From Escherichia phage ph0011, in the sequence record OP557969.1: a stretch of 64,000 nt of DNA; one strand, 5' to 3'. Positions within the stretch are counted from its first letter, which is position 1. Each line of letters begins with the position of its first letter. The translations under genes and the position numbers were made by a program. This document shows positions 42,347 to 52,850 of this stretch, one piece after another. The notes beneath the pieces were generated by a model, which saw only the letters and a program-made list of their open reading frames with translations, was not told the DNA's origin and ran no database searches.

Positions 42347-44767
42347 ATGGTAGCTTGGCTATGGAGAATTACAATGACAACTTTTACCCCACGTTGGGAT
42401 ATAAAAGCCGATGCTCGATATATACAAGAAGGACAAGACATTCTTTTGCGTTTGAGTATCAACAAAAATAGCACAACAGATGCTAGTTATGTATTAAATG
42501 AAGATGAATACTTAGAGATGATTCTTACAATACAATGCTTGGATAGTTCAGGTGCAGTATTTGAGCCAGAATCACATTATACTTTTTTTGTGGGTAATGA
42601 TGAAAACAGTTTTATACCCATTTCTGAAGGAACTACTGGAAATAAATTGGTAAATGGGAAACATAAATGTAAAATTAGTAAAACACAATTTAACTTATCA
42701 GGCAGTACTAATAGTGAAGATATATATTTTATAAAAATTCATTGTAAAAATAACGGAACATTCAACAATACCGAAATTATCAATTTTTATTTACAGGCAG
42801 TAAATGTGATGTATTTTGGTAATATTGCACCTAGTGGTGTGTTGGGAACAACTGACGCATCAGTAACATATGATAGCCAGGAAGTTTGGGTTACACCTGG
42901 TGTAGAGATTGGTGATGATAAAAAACCATACTGCATCGGGGATGTTGATTATGGTTCTAACAGTACATTGTTTGTACAAGGATTTGGAAGAAGACGACCT
43001 TTTATATTTGGGACTGACACTACTCTTGATTTCACCCCACGAGTATTCTACCCAGCTTATAGATTGCTTGATATGGATATATCGGAAGTTCCACAGAATC
43101 ACATCACAAAGGATTATGCCGTTTTTAAACCAGCACAAACTGTATGGCCTATTTCGGGTATAAACAAAGAAGTTAAAGTTAACATTCAAAACAAAAACGG
43201 AAGCACAATTGATACTGGAATGATTTTCAACCCAAATGGTCAATTACTTCAAACATTTTTATACGAATCTGAAGCATGTGACGCATATTTTAAGGTTGAG
43301 ATTGTAGACATTTTAAGTACTTATGTAGATGATAGTGAGAGATTTGCAATAAATCAACGTTACAAAGCATATCAAATGTGGGTATGTCCAGAAGACATAG
43401 ACACTATATATTCAATCTCTGATAAACCATTACCAAATCATTTGTACCAATTAAAAGATAATATAGTTTATCCATATGTAATTAGTGGTGAGTATGACGA
43501 TGGCACACTTAAGCCTGTATATGATAGTAGTGATTGGATAGATTTAGGTTATTACGATCCAACTCTTGGTGAAAATATCATTGGAATGCAAAAAATATTC
43601 AGGGTATTAGTTAATGCAGAAGAAGGGAATAACATAAACTTCATAACTGAGAGTGACTTAGGAACCATTCATGTTGGTGAATACTTTGGGAATAGCGTCT
43701 ATCCTAAGATAGAAACTGATAGTACAAGTCAGGTTTCTTATATATTAGATGGTGGTGATGATATTAGAAAATATGGAATGGACTTAACACCAGATGGTTA
43801 TCTAGTAGGAACTGCATTTGCTAAAAGTGTGGATTTTAGTGCTAATGATGATATTAAACTTTCATTTTACGTTAAAGCATTCAGTTCTGAAGGTGGTGAG
43901 GCAAGAAAATTATTTAATCTTAAAATCATAAGAGGTTTTGGGCAAAATTATTTAAGTGCACATGTTCTACCATCTGTTTCTTTTGAAAGAGATTGGTTTA
44001 AATGTATTAGTACTTCATCATTTACTAACCAATTATTTTTCCGTCAATCCGATGATAGATATGGTCTTCAAAAAGTACCAAAAATGCTATTGAAAGAAAA
44101 TTTTCTAAGTCAAACGTACCCATACACCAATCTTTCTGATATTAAGAAAGTATTACGAAAGAGTATTGTTGATACAAACGGAACCACTATTCCGAATGGT
44201 AAATTTAAAATGGTAATGGGTAATTATAAATTGTTATCAGCACTTGACAATCAAGGAAATTTACAATATGATTTATTGTATCGTGAAGTTTTACCTGAAG
44301 GTTCGTTGGTGTCAGTGTCTAAAAATCCACGCCAGTACACACAAATTGACAATGGCCTACTGGGTGAACTGTTTGGTTTACGACAAAACATATTCAAAGC
44401 AATTGGTGAAGATACAACCAACTTGGTCAAAGATCCTACAGATTTACAAAACCGTGGTATGTATGTTGATGCTATACCTAGTGTTAGTGATGAGATGCTT
44501 GATACTGTTCCTAGGTTTATGAATCATCCCTATATTGAAAATAACCTACAGAAAAAATTCATGCCTATAATTCCAGTTGCATATTGTCTGCCAGGCAAAG
44601 GTGAAGCATTTTTCAACACTTTACTACAGAATAATGAACATGGTACAATGGTCGGTCTAGAATTTGAAATTACATCGGTGGAGTTTGGGTATTTTTCACA
44701 TGAATCAGATAATTATGTACCTGATACATTTGTAATTACATTACCAAACAATAACATAGGAGTTTAA
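42347..44767 (+). CDS. Hypothetical large protein (about 800 aa)
   Basis: Long ORF; start may be the ATG at 42374 (MTTFTP); no motif recognised. Confidence 0.55.
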   Translation: MVAWLWRITMTTFTPRWDIKADARYIQEGQDILLRLSINKNSTTDASYVLNEDEYLEMILTIQCLDSSGAVFEPESHYTFFVGNDENSFIPISEGTTGNKLVNGKHKCKISKTQFNLSGSTNSEDIYFIKIHCKNNGTFNNTEIINFYLQAVNVMYFGNIAPSGVLGTTDASVTYDSQEVWVTPGVEIGDDKKPYCIGDVDYGSNSTLFVQGFGRRRPFIFGTDTTLDFTPRVFYPAYRLLDMDISEVPQNHITKDYAVFKPAQTVWPISGINKEVKVNIQNKNGSTIDTGMIFNPNGQLLQTFLYESEACDAYFKVEIVDILSTYVDDSERFAINQRYKAYQMWVCPEDIDTIYSISDKPLPNHLYQLKDNIVYPYVISGEYDDGTLKPVYDSSDWIDLGYYDPTLGENIIGMQKIFRVLVNAEEGNNINFITESDLGTIHVGEYFGNSVYPKIETDSTSQVSYILDGGDDIRKYGMDLTPDGYLVGTAFAKSVDFSANDDIKLSFYVKAFSSEGGEARKLFNLKIIRGFGQNYLSAHVLPSVSFERDWFKCISTSSFTNQLFFRQSDDRYGLQKVPKMLLKENFLSQTYPYTNLSDIKKVLRKSIVDTNGTTIPNGKFKMVMGNYKLLSALDNQGNLQYDLLYREVLPEGSLVSVSKNPRQYTQIDNGLLGELFGLRQNIFKAIGEDTTNLVKDPTDLQNRGMYVDAIPSVSDEMLDTVPRFMNHPYIENNLQKKFMPIIPVAYCLPGKGEAFFNTLLQNNEHGTMVGLEFEITSVEFGYFSHESDNYVPDTFVITLPNNNIGV

Positions 44768-44768
44768 T

Positions 44769-45080
44769 ATGTTTAATCCATTTTTTGACCCGTCTGGGAT
44801 GACGGATAAAGAATTACAGTTAAAAATCAACGAGCAATCATTACGTTTGACATCTGCACGTGCGGCTGGTATGAGTGATATGATTATTGGTAATATGCAA
44901 ATGGTGCTAAATCAATGTTATGCTGAACTAGAACTTCGCCAGGGACATAAAGAGAAAAATGTTTATGATGAAGAAGACCCGTGTATCTTCGACATGGACT
45001 CGTATCTAACTGACAACGAAGAGGCTCAGAAGAAGAAAAATGAAAGTACAAGGAAACAGATTTATAAGTCCCAATGGTGA
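44769..45080 (+). CDS. Hypothetical protein (103 aa)
   Basis: ORF. Confidence 0.5.
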   Translation: MFNPFFDPSGMTDKELQLKINEQSLRLTSARAAGMSDMIIGNMQMVLNQCYAELELRQGHKEKNVYDEEDPCIFDMDSYLTDNEEAQKKKNESTRKQIYKSQW

Positions 45081-45558
45081 TGTGAAATGTAATCTTAATG
45101 CAGTTGTTTATGCAATCAACTGTGGTGCAGATATCCAGTACTTACAATTACAGGAAATCGATGAACCTGAAAGGTTAAAATTCAATGATAACTGTAAAAA
45201 ATTTGGTTTAGAGCAACGTATGCTGGATTATACCATTGAACATGATAAAAATCATGAACTTTGGCGTTATGATCCAGTATATGATAATATAAATCTACGT
45301 GACTTTTTTTTACAAAAGTGTACATCTGATGAAGCACGAACACGTGTTGAGTATGAGCTTGAATTATATGAATATTATAATATGACAAAACTATTAAGAT
45401 GTATGATCTGGCTCGTTGATTACATGGAAGAACATGAAATCTTTTGGGGTCTGGGGCGTGGAAGCTCTGTTGCATCATATTGCTTATACTTGATTGGACT
45501 ACATATGGTAGATTCATTGAAGTATGACCTTGATGTGAACGAATTTTTGAAATGGTAG
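45040..45558 (+). CDS. Hypothetical protein (172 aa)
   Basis: ORF; start uncertain. Confidence 0.45.
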   Translation: MKVQGNRFISPNGDVKCNLNAVVYAINCGADIQYLQLQEIDEPERLKFNDNCKKFGLEQRMLDYTIEHDKNHELWRYDPVYDNINLRDFFLQKCTSDEARTRVEYELELYEYYNMTKLLRCMIWLVDYMEEHEIFWGLGRGSSVASYCLYLIGLHMVDSLKYDLDVNEFLKW

Positions 45559-45566
45559 ATAAACAT

Positions 45567-45600
45567 GTGATATAATGTGTATTGTAGTTATTATATCACA
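45567..45600 (+). promoter_or_regulatory. Extended -10 (TGaTATAAT) embedded in a perfect 11-bp inverted repeat
   Basis: tgtgatataat ... attatatcaca separated by 12 nt, just upstream of the ORF at 45623. Confidence 0.45.
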
Positions 45601-45622
45601 CATAAAATAAAAGGATTTTGAT

Positions 45623-45967
45623 ATGTCTAAACATACAACTTATCGTGGTACAACAATTGACATGGATATGCTCAAGTACCAAAATCAACACCAGGTAGCA
45701 TTGGGTAATGCAAATCTAAATGCACGTGGTGATAAAATTGGCTCAGGTGGAACAATTATCAAAACTCGTGAAGAGTTACTTCAAGAAAAAGAACGTGAAA
45801 TGCAAATTCCTGATTTTATTCCTGAACATCAACTTCATAGTACTGAACATAGTACTGAAGAAGTATGGGATGATGAAAGCTTTGAAGTTATGCCCGAAGT
45901 AAAAGAAGCTGAGGTTTCTGAAGAAAAGAAAGCCCCACGTCGAGCAAGAACTAAAGAACAGGAGTGA
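45623..45967 (+). CDS. Hypothetical protein (114 aa)
   Basis: ORF with AAGGA RBS. Confidence 0.5.
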   Translation: MSKHTTYRGTTIDMDMLKYQNQHQVALGNANLNARGDKIGSGGTIIKTREELLQEKEREMQIPDFIPEHQLHSTEHSTEEVWDDESFEVMPEVKEAEVSEEKKAPRRARTKEQE

Positions 45968-46302
45968 TGTGTCAAATGACTAATAAAGTAATGACTGCAT
46001 GTAAAGGTAAAGTTCTAGTAACTGATCTGGAACATGGTGAACGTAAAACAGCAGGTGGGATCGTTTTAACGAACGATGATGGCAAAATCAGGGGCATTCG
46101 TTCTCGCTGGGCAAAAGTCTATTCGGTCGGTGAAGACATTACTGATATTAAAGAAGGACAATGGATTTTAATCGATCACGGTCGATGGTCAAGAACTATT
46201 GAAGTTGATGGCATTGAATTGAACTTGGTTGATTACCCTGCTGCTGTTAGTTTAGTATCAGATGAAGATCCAAGAACAAAAATGCTAACCTTTGGACGTT
46301 AA
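45964..46302 (+). CDS. 31: GroES-like co-chaperonin (T4 gp31-like)
   Basis: KGKVLVTDLEHGERKTAGGIVLT parallels GroES ([20 protein letters not shown]); length about 110 aa. Confidence 0.55.
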   Translation: MMCQMTNKVMTACKGKVLVTDLEHGERKTAGGIVLTNDDGKIRGIRSRWAKVYSVGEDITDIKEGQWILIDHGRWSRTIEVDGIELNLVDYPAAVSLVSDEDPRTKMLTFGR

Positions 46303-46359
46303 CAAAAAATCAATTGAAGCTCGGATAGAAATCTGGGCTTTTTATTTGGACAAAAAATA

Positions 46360-46629
46360 ATGATAACTGATGATGGTAAATTTAGTTTCAAAGATGTAAC
46401 ATTAGTGTCAAAGAATGGAAGATTCATGTTTGAGGATAGAAAAAATACCAAATATGTATATGAAGTTTCACATGATATGTTTAAAGTTTTATTAGTTGCT
46501 TCAGCACAAGCTGAAAGTACTGGAATTAAAAATAAGGCAAATTCTTTTAATTTTTTATTAAATCAACTTGAGATGACAGAAGAACTTTTCACGGCTTTAT
46601 TATATGATTCAGCCGATTGGATTCTATAA
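46360..46629 (+). CDS. Hypothetical protein (89 aa)
   Basis: ORF. Confidence 0.45.
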   Translation: MITDDGKFSFKDVTLVSKNGRFMFEDRKNTKYVYEVSHDMFKVLLVASAQAESTGIKNKANSFNFLLNQLEMTEELFTALLYDSADWIL

Positions 46630-46652
46630 CACGTACACAGAAGGAAATACAC

Positions 46653-47606
46653 ATGACCACACTATGGACTGAAAAATATCGCCCACAAACAATGGAAGAT
46701 TATGTATCAAAAAATGATGCTCTACGTCAGAAAATGGAAGAATGGATTAAAACTGGCGACATTCCACATATTGGTTTTTTTGGCCCAGCAGGAACTGGTA
46801 AAACATCTGCAATTAAAGTACTTATTAATGGTTTGGTTCAGAACGGACACCTCGACCCAAGTGACGTAACCACACTTAATATGTCAGATGAAGGTATTGA
46901 TGCTGTGCGTGATAAAATTGATGCCGCAGCAAAACTATCATGCTTTGGACGATATCGTATTTTTGTTCTTGAAGAAATGGAACAAATGAACCATAAAGCA
47001 CAAGGTAGCTTGAAGCGTGTCATGGAAGACTATCATGAAAATGCTCGCTTTATTTTAACAAGTAATGAACCACATAAAATTCAAAAACCTATTATCTCTC
47101 GCGTTCAAGTCATTACAATTGAAAAACATGACATGGAACAGTTCATGACAAGAATTTATAATATCCTTCTCGCTGAAGGTGTTGATCTGAGTAGTGATGA
47201 TAGTGTTGAACAAGTTCAAAAGTACATCAATGCTTCATATCCAGATTTTCGTAAAACGCTAAACGTATTGCAAAGTTCAGTTGTTGATGGTAAACTAGTC
47301 AAACTTGAGGATAGTATTGAAAATTCTGCCGGATATCGCACTGCAATCATTGATGCGTTGAAGGCAGGAAATATCCGTCAAATGCGAGAGCAAATTGTTC
47401 AATCTATCCCTGATGATGAAATGGATGCATTTTTTTCGTACTTGTACCGAAATGCGGAAATGTTCAGTACTGACGAAATCACACTGATGAAGATTAAAGT
47501 TAAAATTCGTGATGCTGTTGTTAAGCAAGCAACAGTATCCGACCGTGAAATGAATCTTAGTGCATTGTTGTGTGAGATTGATCTAATTTGTTCGGGGAAC
47601 ATGTAA
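46653..47606 (+). CDS. 44: Clamp loader large subunit (AAA+; T4 gp44-like)
   Basis: LWTEKYRP, Walker A GPAGTGKTS, Walker B-like FVLEEMEQ; AAGGA RBS before the ATG at 46653. Confidence 0.7.
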   Translation: MTTLWTEKYRPQTMEDYVSKNDALRQKMEEWIKTGDIPHIGFFGPAGTGKTSAIKVLINGLVQNGHLDPSDVTTLNMSDEGIDAVRDKIDAAAKLSCFGRYRIFVLEEMEQMNHKAQGSLKRVMEDYHENARFILTSNEPHKIQKPIISRVQVITIEKHDMEQFMTRIYNILLAEGVDLSSDDSVEQVQKYINASYPDFRKTLNVLQSSVVDGKLVKLEDSIENSAGYRTAIIDALKAGNIRQMREQIVQSIPDDEMDAFFSYLYRNAEMFSTDEITLMKIKVKIRDAVVKQATVSDREMNLSALLCEIDLICSGNM

Positions 47607-48232
47607 TGAAGCCACGTTGTATTGTTTTTGATTGTGACGAAGTTCTATTAGACCACATCGGTATGCTTTCAGAGTATGTTAAACAAACTTATAACATAAC
47701 CCCATCAACACCATATCCAACAGAATATGACCTATCAGATTGGTTGGGTGTTCCTCAAACTGAAGTTAAAAAAATTCTTGAACGTTTCAATCAACAATCG
47801 TATTTGTTTGGATTGTTAAAACCTGTTGAACCAAATACTGTTGATATTGTTCAAGAATTACGTGACCGTTTTTATAAAGAAAAGTTTGTGGTTCTGACAA
47901 AATGTGGTAAGAAAGGATATGGTGAAGTTTTGCGTAATGTGAATCTCATGCGAGAATTTGGTGAAAATTGTTTTGATGAGATCATCATCATTGAAATGGA
48001 TGAAACAAAGAAAAAGGCATTGGAGGATTTACAAGAGAAGTACGATGTGAAATTGATGATTGATGATTATATCAACAACATTGAAACTGCATTGGAGCTT
48101 GGTATTCCTTCAGTTATGATGGGATGCTCACATAATACTGCATACAGGAACAGTCGTGATTTTGAATATATCGAGAACTGGACCGAGCTTAGACTGAAAA
48201 TTTATTCAGTTCTGGGTAAATATTATAAATAA
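47606..48232 (+). CDS. HAD-superfamily hydrolase, possibly 5'(3')-deoxyribonucleotidase-like
   Basis: N-terminal FDCDEVLLD (DxDx[VT] HAD motif I); TAATG overlap with upstream stop. Confidence 0.4.
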   Translation: MKPRCIVFDCDEVLLDHIGMLSEYVKQTYNITPSTPYPTEYDLSDWLGVPQTEVKKILERFNQQSYLFGLLKPVEPNTVDIVQELRDRFYKEKFVVLTKCGKKGYGEVLRNVNLMREFGENCFDEIIIIEMDETKKKALEDLQEKYDVKLMIDDYINNIETALELGIPSVMMGCSHNTAYRNSRDFEYIENWTELRLKIYSVLGKYYK

Positions 48233-48245
48233 TACTTTTTAAATT

Positions 48246-48274
48246 AAGGGGTTTGTTTCAAACCCCTTTTGTTG
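48246..48274 (+). terminator. Rho-independent terminator
   Basis: ggggtttg-ttt-caaacccc followed by ttttgttg. Confidence 0.65.
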
Positions 48275-48331
48275 TATTTTAAAAGTAGTAAATAGTATTA
48301 TATGTGCTAGTTTTTGAGGATAATATAAAAT

Positions 48332-48898
48332 ATGGAAGATTTAGATTATACAGATAATGCTATTCAGCAGTTGTATGATAATAGTGGTATGTTAGATATA
48401 CTTCTTGCTGTTGAGAAATACTTCGATGATAATGATTTATACGCTTATAAAGGTATCATCGAGGGTGAATTAGTTGAGGGACCAATTGTAAGTAAATATT
48501 GGTGTACAGTTACATTTAAATATTATCGTGAAAACTTTCCCGATCCTACAGCGTTCTCAATATTGGAGAAACATGGCACTAAAGTATACGTCAAAGCGGA
48601 TTATGAAATAACACCAATTGAAGAACCAAATCGACAAGCAGATATGAAAAGTATTGCAACACAGACTGGTTCTGTGCGTATACCAAAAAATGAACGAATT
48701 CCGGTTCTATTGGTTAGAGTTCAAATACCACGAAATTTAATTAATCCAGAAAGTTTTGATGAATATAAACTTATGGCATCTGAATTTAATAGTAACCCAA
48801 TGAATTCTCCTGAAAATATTGAAGAACCCGTTACTGGGGATGATGTTGACTTAGATGTTGATGTAACTGACAATACACAAGAAGGTGGAATGCAATGA
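48332..48898 (+). CDS. Hypothetical protein (188 aa)
   Basis: ORF. Confidence 0.5.
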   Translation: MEDLDYTDNAIQQLYDNSGMLDILLAVEKYFDDNDLYAYKGIIEGELVEGPIVSKYWCTVTFKYYRENFPDPTAFSILEKHGTKVYVKADYEITPIEEPNRQADMKSIATQTGSVRIPKNERIPVLLVRVQIPRNLINPESFDEYKLMASEFNSNPMNSPENIEEPVTGDDVDLDVDVTDNTQEGGMQ

Positions 48899-49575
48899 AA
48901 ACTAAATTAAATGAGCAAGGATTACGTCCCCAGGTTCTTAAAGATTTGATTCATCCTATTATTAGTGTTGATGAATATACTCCTAAAATTGAAGATAGTA
49001 ATATTGTAATTATGTTTCAGGTTCTGAATAATTTCGATGCTGCATATGATTTATCTTCTTTCATCGAAAAATCACCGATTGATGCGATTGACACTGAGGC
49101 GGCAGAAACTCCTAATTTGGATGGTCGCTATCAAGTTTATGTGGAAATGGAACGAAATGCGGAGTTTCCTGAAAAACTTTTACGTTTAATTAAAACTATC
49201 GAAAATATTTGTCCTGATCCTGGTTGGAAAATCCAACTATATGGTGTCAATGATCCAATTGATGTTGATTTCGATGAAATACAACAAAGAATTGACTTGG
49301 GTATCCCAAGTTCAATTAGTGAGTTTCTTGACTATGCTGGTGTTTCGGTGATTAAAGAAGGTAATATGTTGACATTGAAAACTGCATATGGTAAATTGCA
49401 TTATAGTTCAGGGAGTGGTTTTGTTTCTGAATCATATGTTAAGAAACTATTAAAAAATGATACACAGTTGGATACATCACGTCTTAGTTCTATCTTGGGT
49501 GAAAGCTATACAGTACTACGCAGTGGTGATCAATACGTGATTGGAAGAAATGGGAAATATTTGGTGTTACGATGA
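48895..49575 (+). CDS. Hypothetical protein (226 aa)
   Basis: ORF with ATGA overlap. Confidence 0.5.
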   Translation: MKTKLNEQGLRPQVLKDLIHPIISVDEYTPKIEDSNIVIMFQVLNNFDAAYDLSSFIEKSPIDAIDTEAAETPNLDGRYQVYVEMERNAEFPEKLLRLIKTIENICPDPGWKIQLYGVNDPIDVDFDEIQQRIDLGIPSSISEFLDYAGVSVIKEGNMLTLKTAYGKLHYSSGSGFVSESYVKKLLKNDTQLDTSRLSSILGESYTVLRSGDQYVIGRNGKYLVLR

Positions 49576-50390
49576 GAATTTTAAATATGCTTAAATCTCT
49601 TCACGAAACGACGAAATTGGTTCAGGATGAAAAATATCGTCGAAGTATTACAAAAGATTTAGCATGTCGAATGTATATGCGTAGATTCGAAATTTCTCGA
49701 ATTGGTAAAAAATGGGATAATATAAATCGTGAAGACATTGACCCAGATGCTATTTTTAAAGCATACATGGCAAGAAAAGTTTTCATAAATGAAAAAACTT
49801 TTTATATAGATAGTGATAGAGTTCTAGAAGATAAATTCACTAAAGGTTTATGGAATATATGGTGTATTGAAATATTTGGAGAAGTTCTCCCTGAACCACC
49901 TGTTCCTAAAACGTATAAAGAATTAAAAAATATTTTTGATAATGAACACATACATTCAAACTTCTCATTATATGACACTGTATCAGAAGCTGTATTTTAT
50001 GGTGAGTTGCATGGTCATAACAAATATTTTGATAGTATGGTTAGTTTTGATTTGTTTTGCCACTTACCAGGTGTGTCTAGCTGGACCAGTGATCAACACC
50101 GAGCTAGTAAGGTTGATAAACGTAAATTCTCTGCTCAAAGATTTATGCAAGTTGCAATGAGTATGTATAAACTTGATTATCTTGGTTGTCCAGAACCATA
50201 TACTCATTTCTGGAAAGAAAAAGCACAAAAATGCTTAAACTACTGTATAGTTCGTTTGATGGACACATACATTCTTAAGTTTAGGAATGCAACAGTATAT
50301 GACATGCCAGAACCACCAGAGAATGAAAAGTATCCACCAGTCAAAACATTTGTATGGTACAGGGATAAAAGTAACAAAAGGATGCACTAA
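49572..50390 (+). CDS. Hypothetical protein (272 aa)
   Basis: ORF with ATGA overlap. Confidence 0.5.
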   Translation: MRILNMLKSLHETTKLVQDEKYRRSITKDLACRMYMRRFEISRIGKKWDNINREDIDPDAIFKAYMARKVFINEKTFYIDSDRVLEDKFTKGLWNIWCIEIFGEVLPEPPVPKTYKELKNIFDNEHIHSNFSLYDTVSEAVFYGELHGHNKYFDSMVSFDLFCHLPGVSSWTSDQHRASKVDKRKFSAQRFMQVAMSMYKLDYLGCPEPYTHFWKEKAQKCLNYCIVRLMDTYILKFRNATVYDMPEPPENEKYPPVKTFVWYRDKSNKRMH

Positions 50391-50408
50391 TGTGTATCCT
50401 TTTTTCGT
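50379..50408 (+). terminator. Terminator hairpin overlapping the stop codon
   Basis: aggatgcac-taat-gtgtatcct (one G-U pair) followed by tttttt. Confidence 0.5.
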
Positions 50409-50486
50409 TTCATGTATTGACATATGGTGTACCAGTATGTATAATACCCACGTTATTTAAATTTTAATTGATTACGAGGTTTTATA

Positions 50487-51614
50487 ATGAAAGGTAAATA
50501 TTTTTTTGTTGAAAATGGGAAAGAAGTCGAAATTCAAGAATTCAACTATAATTATGTACTGAACTCTTTATTAAAACAATATGACCGTTCATCAAACAAA
50601 AAATACATTTACAATGTGATTGTACGCCGTACTTATGATTCGTTAGGTAATCCATCATTCGATGTAAAATCATTGTCATTGGATGAAATCTATTTTGATA
50701 ATAGACGCTTAAATGTATTTGATTTAATGAAAGATAAAATTCATTTTAGTAATGTTAGAATTGACCCTAACATGCCAGTACCACCATTGGAGCGTGAGTA
50801 TCGTGAATGGAAAGAAGGTCGTGCAAAACCGCGTCTGGATTTGGTAAAAACATCACCCGACGTTCCTGCACCTATTGTTCTTAAGAAAAAACCAATCAGC
50901 CCAGACGATACCCGAATTAAGGATATTGAATGTGTTGTTGAATTCCCAGATACTATTGAAAAGAACCCAGTCAAAGTGTTAGATTGGTTTATCAACTTAC
51001 CAGTTTGTGCACAAGAAATTGGAACTAAGATTCAACAAGTTTCAGAACGACAACTGGAACTCAGTTCTGCATTACAACAGCATAGTGATTATATCAGAAT
51101 GCTCATGGATAACTTAACAGTAGCTTTGGAAACCTTGTTCCCACTGAAACCGACATTCACCCAGAAATTATTTGGTAAAACTGATATCAAAGTACAACCG
51201 TCTGATTTACCAAAAGTGATGAAAAAACTCAATGAAGCTGTAAAGTATGATACCAACAAGTTTAGTGGTTTAAATTCTATGTTTTCTGAAATCAGAAAAG
51301 AAGTTAACGAAATCAAAAATGAACTTGAATATGGTAAGTTGGGCTGTGAATACGCACTATGCAGTGTGGATGATGCATTTGAATATGAATTAACATTAGA
51401 ACGTATTATGAAAATGAGCATTACCACGTCTATGACAGAAACAAGTATTATTGCTACAAACAAACAATATCAAGTTGATATGAATCGTATGATTGACATT
51501 CAAACTATCACTATTCCTTTGATTATCAATCGTTTACAGTCACAGGTAGGTAAGGCAGTAGATACAAGTACTGTTGAGATTATTCGCAACCTTGCATATG
51601 GTAACAAAGAATAA
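50487..51614 (+). CDS. Hypothetical protein (375 aa)
   Basis: ORF. Confidence 0.55.
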   Translation: MKGKYFFVENGKEVEIQEFNYNYVLNSLLKQYDRSSNKKYIYNVIVRRTYDSLGNPSFDVKSLSLDEIYFDNRRLNVFDLMKDKIHFSNVRIDPNMPVPPLEREYREWKEGRAKPRLDLVKTSPDVPAPIVLKKKPISPDDTRIKDIECVVEFPDTIEKNPVKVLDWFINLPVCAQEIGTKIQQVSERQLELSSALQQHSDYIRMLMDNLTVALETLFPLKPTFTQKLFGKTDIKVQPSDLPKVMKKLNEAVKYDTNKFSGLNSMFSEIRKEVNEIKNELEYGKLGCEYALCSVDDAFEYELTLERIMKMSITTSMTETSIIATNKQYQVDMNRMIDIQTITIPLIINRLQSQVGKAVDTSTVEIIRNLAYGNKE

Positions 51615-51623
51615 AAAAAACAC

Positions 51624-51652
51624 TTGACTTGGATATGTGCTGAACGTATAAT
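51624..51652 (+). promoter_or_regulatory. Near-consensus sigma70 promoter TTGACT-N17-TATAAT
   Basis: ttgact 51624-51629; tataat 51647-51652; overlapping dyad gtgctg ... cagcac. Confidence 0.6.
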
Positions 51653-51700
51653 GTTTATCACTGAGCAGCACATCATATTAACTTAAACGAGGAACTCTCA

Positions 51701-52837
51701 ATGGCAGAGAAAGAAATCAATCCAAAAAAATCGTCAACAGTCACTAAAAACACCAAACGTTCTTCCAAAACTGCGACGAAGGGTCACACAATTGATGCAA
51801 GTGATATTTTCAACCAAACAACAAAGTCACTCCCAGTTCTAAAAGATGTAAAGGGTAATACCATGTCACTAACAGTTCAAAACATCAACACTGTTGGTAC
51901 AACTGCTGGTGCGGCGGTTGGTCGTTTGGCTGATGAAATTATGTCTAAGGTTAACGTAACCGATGACAATACCGAGTTTGGTAAATCAATCACTACAATT
52001 CTCACATTGACCCGTGCGGTTGATATTGATAGTCTTCAGGAAGATAAATCAATTGTTGGTCGCATTAAGAAATTCTTTGTTAATGCCCAACAGAAAGTTG
52101 GCGATCAATACAAAAATAGTAAAGAACAAATTGATGAAATTATGAAAACTCTACAAACTGGCATCAATCGCCAACATGGAGAGTGTGAGTGGCTTGATAA
52201 AGCATATAATGAAAACAAAGAATATTTGTTCGAATTACGTGATACATTAGTTGGTTTAGAAGAAGTAACTAAAGCACAAGATGCAGTACTGGCAGAAATG
52301 CAAGCAAACAAAGATGTGGACTCTTTTGCTATTCAAGAACAAAAGATGATTTGTGAAGCACTTTCTAAGCAAGAAGACAAGATTCGCCGACTTATCATGA
52401 TGTGTGAACTGAGTGGTCCACGATTGATGAGTATGAAAAAAGTAAACTTAAACACTGTTTCTAAGTTTGAAGATTTGAAATCAGTAGTAATTCCCGCATG
52501 GAAATCGCAATTGGCTGAACAGCTAATCTCTGAGCGTCAACGTAAGGATAATGAATTGGGAAATCTAATTGACAATGAAACAAATCGTTTATTAGAGACT
52601 AACTCTAAGATGGTTGCAGCTAATATGCTGGATGCTGCAAAGGCAAACAATCGTGGTATTGTGGATATTAAAACCTTGCGTAATGTACATAAAACAATGA
52701 TTGACAGCATTGAAGCTGTTATTGAAGAAGAGAAAAAAGGTAAAATGGAACGTGAACGTGCGAAACAAGAAATCGCACAACTTTCACACGAACTCGAAGA
52801 CACACTTCGTGAAATTGCAGAAAAAGCTAACAAGTAA
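51701..52837 (+). CDS. Hypothetical coiled-coil protein (378 aa)
   Basis: ORF with GAGGAA RBS; helical and charged throughout. Confidence 0.55.
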   Translation: MAEKEINPKKSSTVTKNTKRSSKTATKGHTIDASDIFNQTTKSLPVLKDVKGNTMSLTVQNINTVGTTAGAAVGRLADEIMSKVNVTDDNTEFGKSITTILTLTRAVDIDSLQEDKSIVGRIKKFFVNAQQKVGDQYKNSKEQIDEIMKTLQTGINRQHGECEWLDKAYNENKEYLFELRDTLVGLEEVTKAQDAVLAEMQANKDVDSFAIQEQKMICEALSKQEDKIRRLIMMCELSGPRLMSMKKVNLNTVSKFEDLKSVVIPAWKSQLAEQLISERQRKDNELGNLIDNETNRLLETNSKMVAANMLDAAKANNRGIVDIKTLRNVHKTMIDSIEAVIEEEKKGKMERERAKQEIAQLSHELEDTLREIAEKANK

Positions 52838-52850
52838 TAGTTGACACATG

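Noticed and set aside
46315-46345. Terminator-like hairpin after the GroES-like gene
   Set aside because: The stem halves do not pair well on inspection despite a following T-run.
51701-52837. Possible TelA-like or PspA-like protein
   Set aside because: Based only on length and coiled-coil character; no motif could be recalled to support it.
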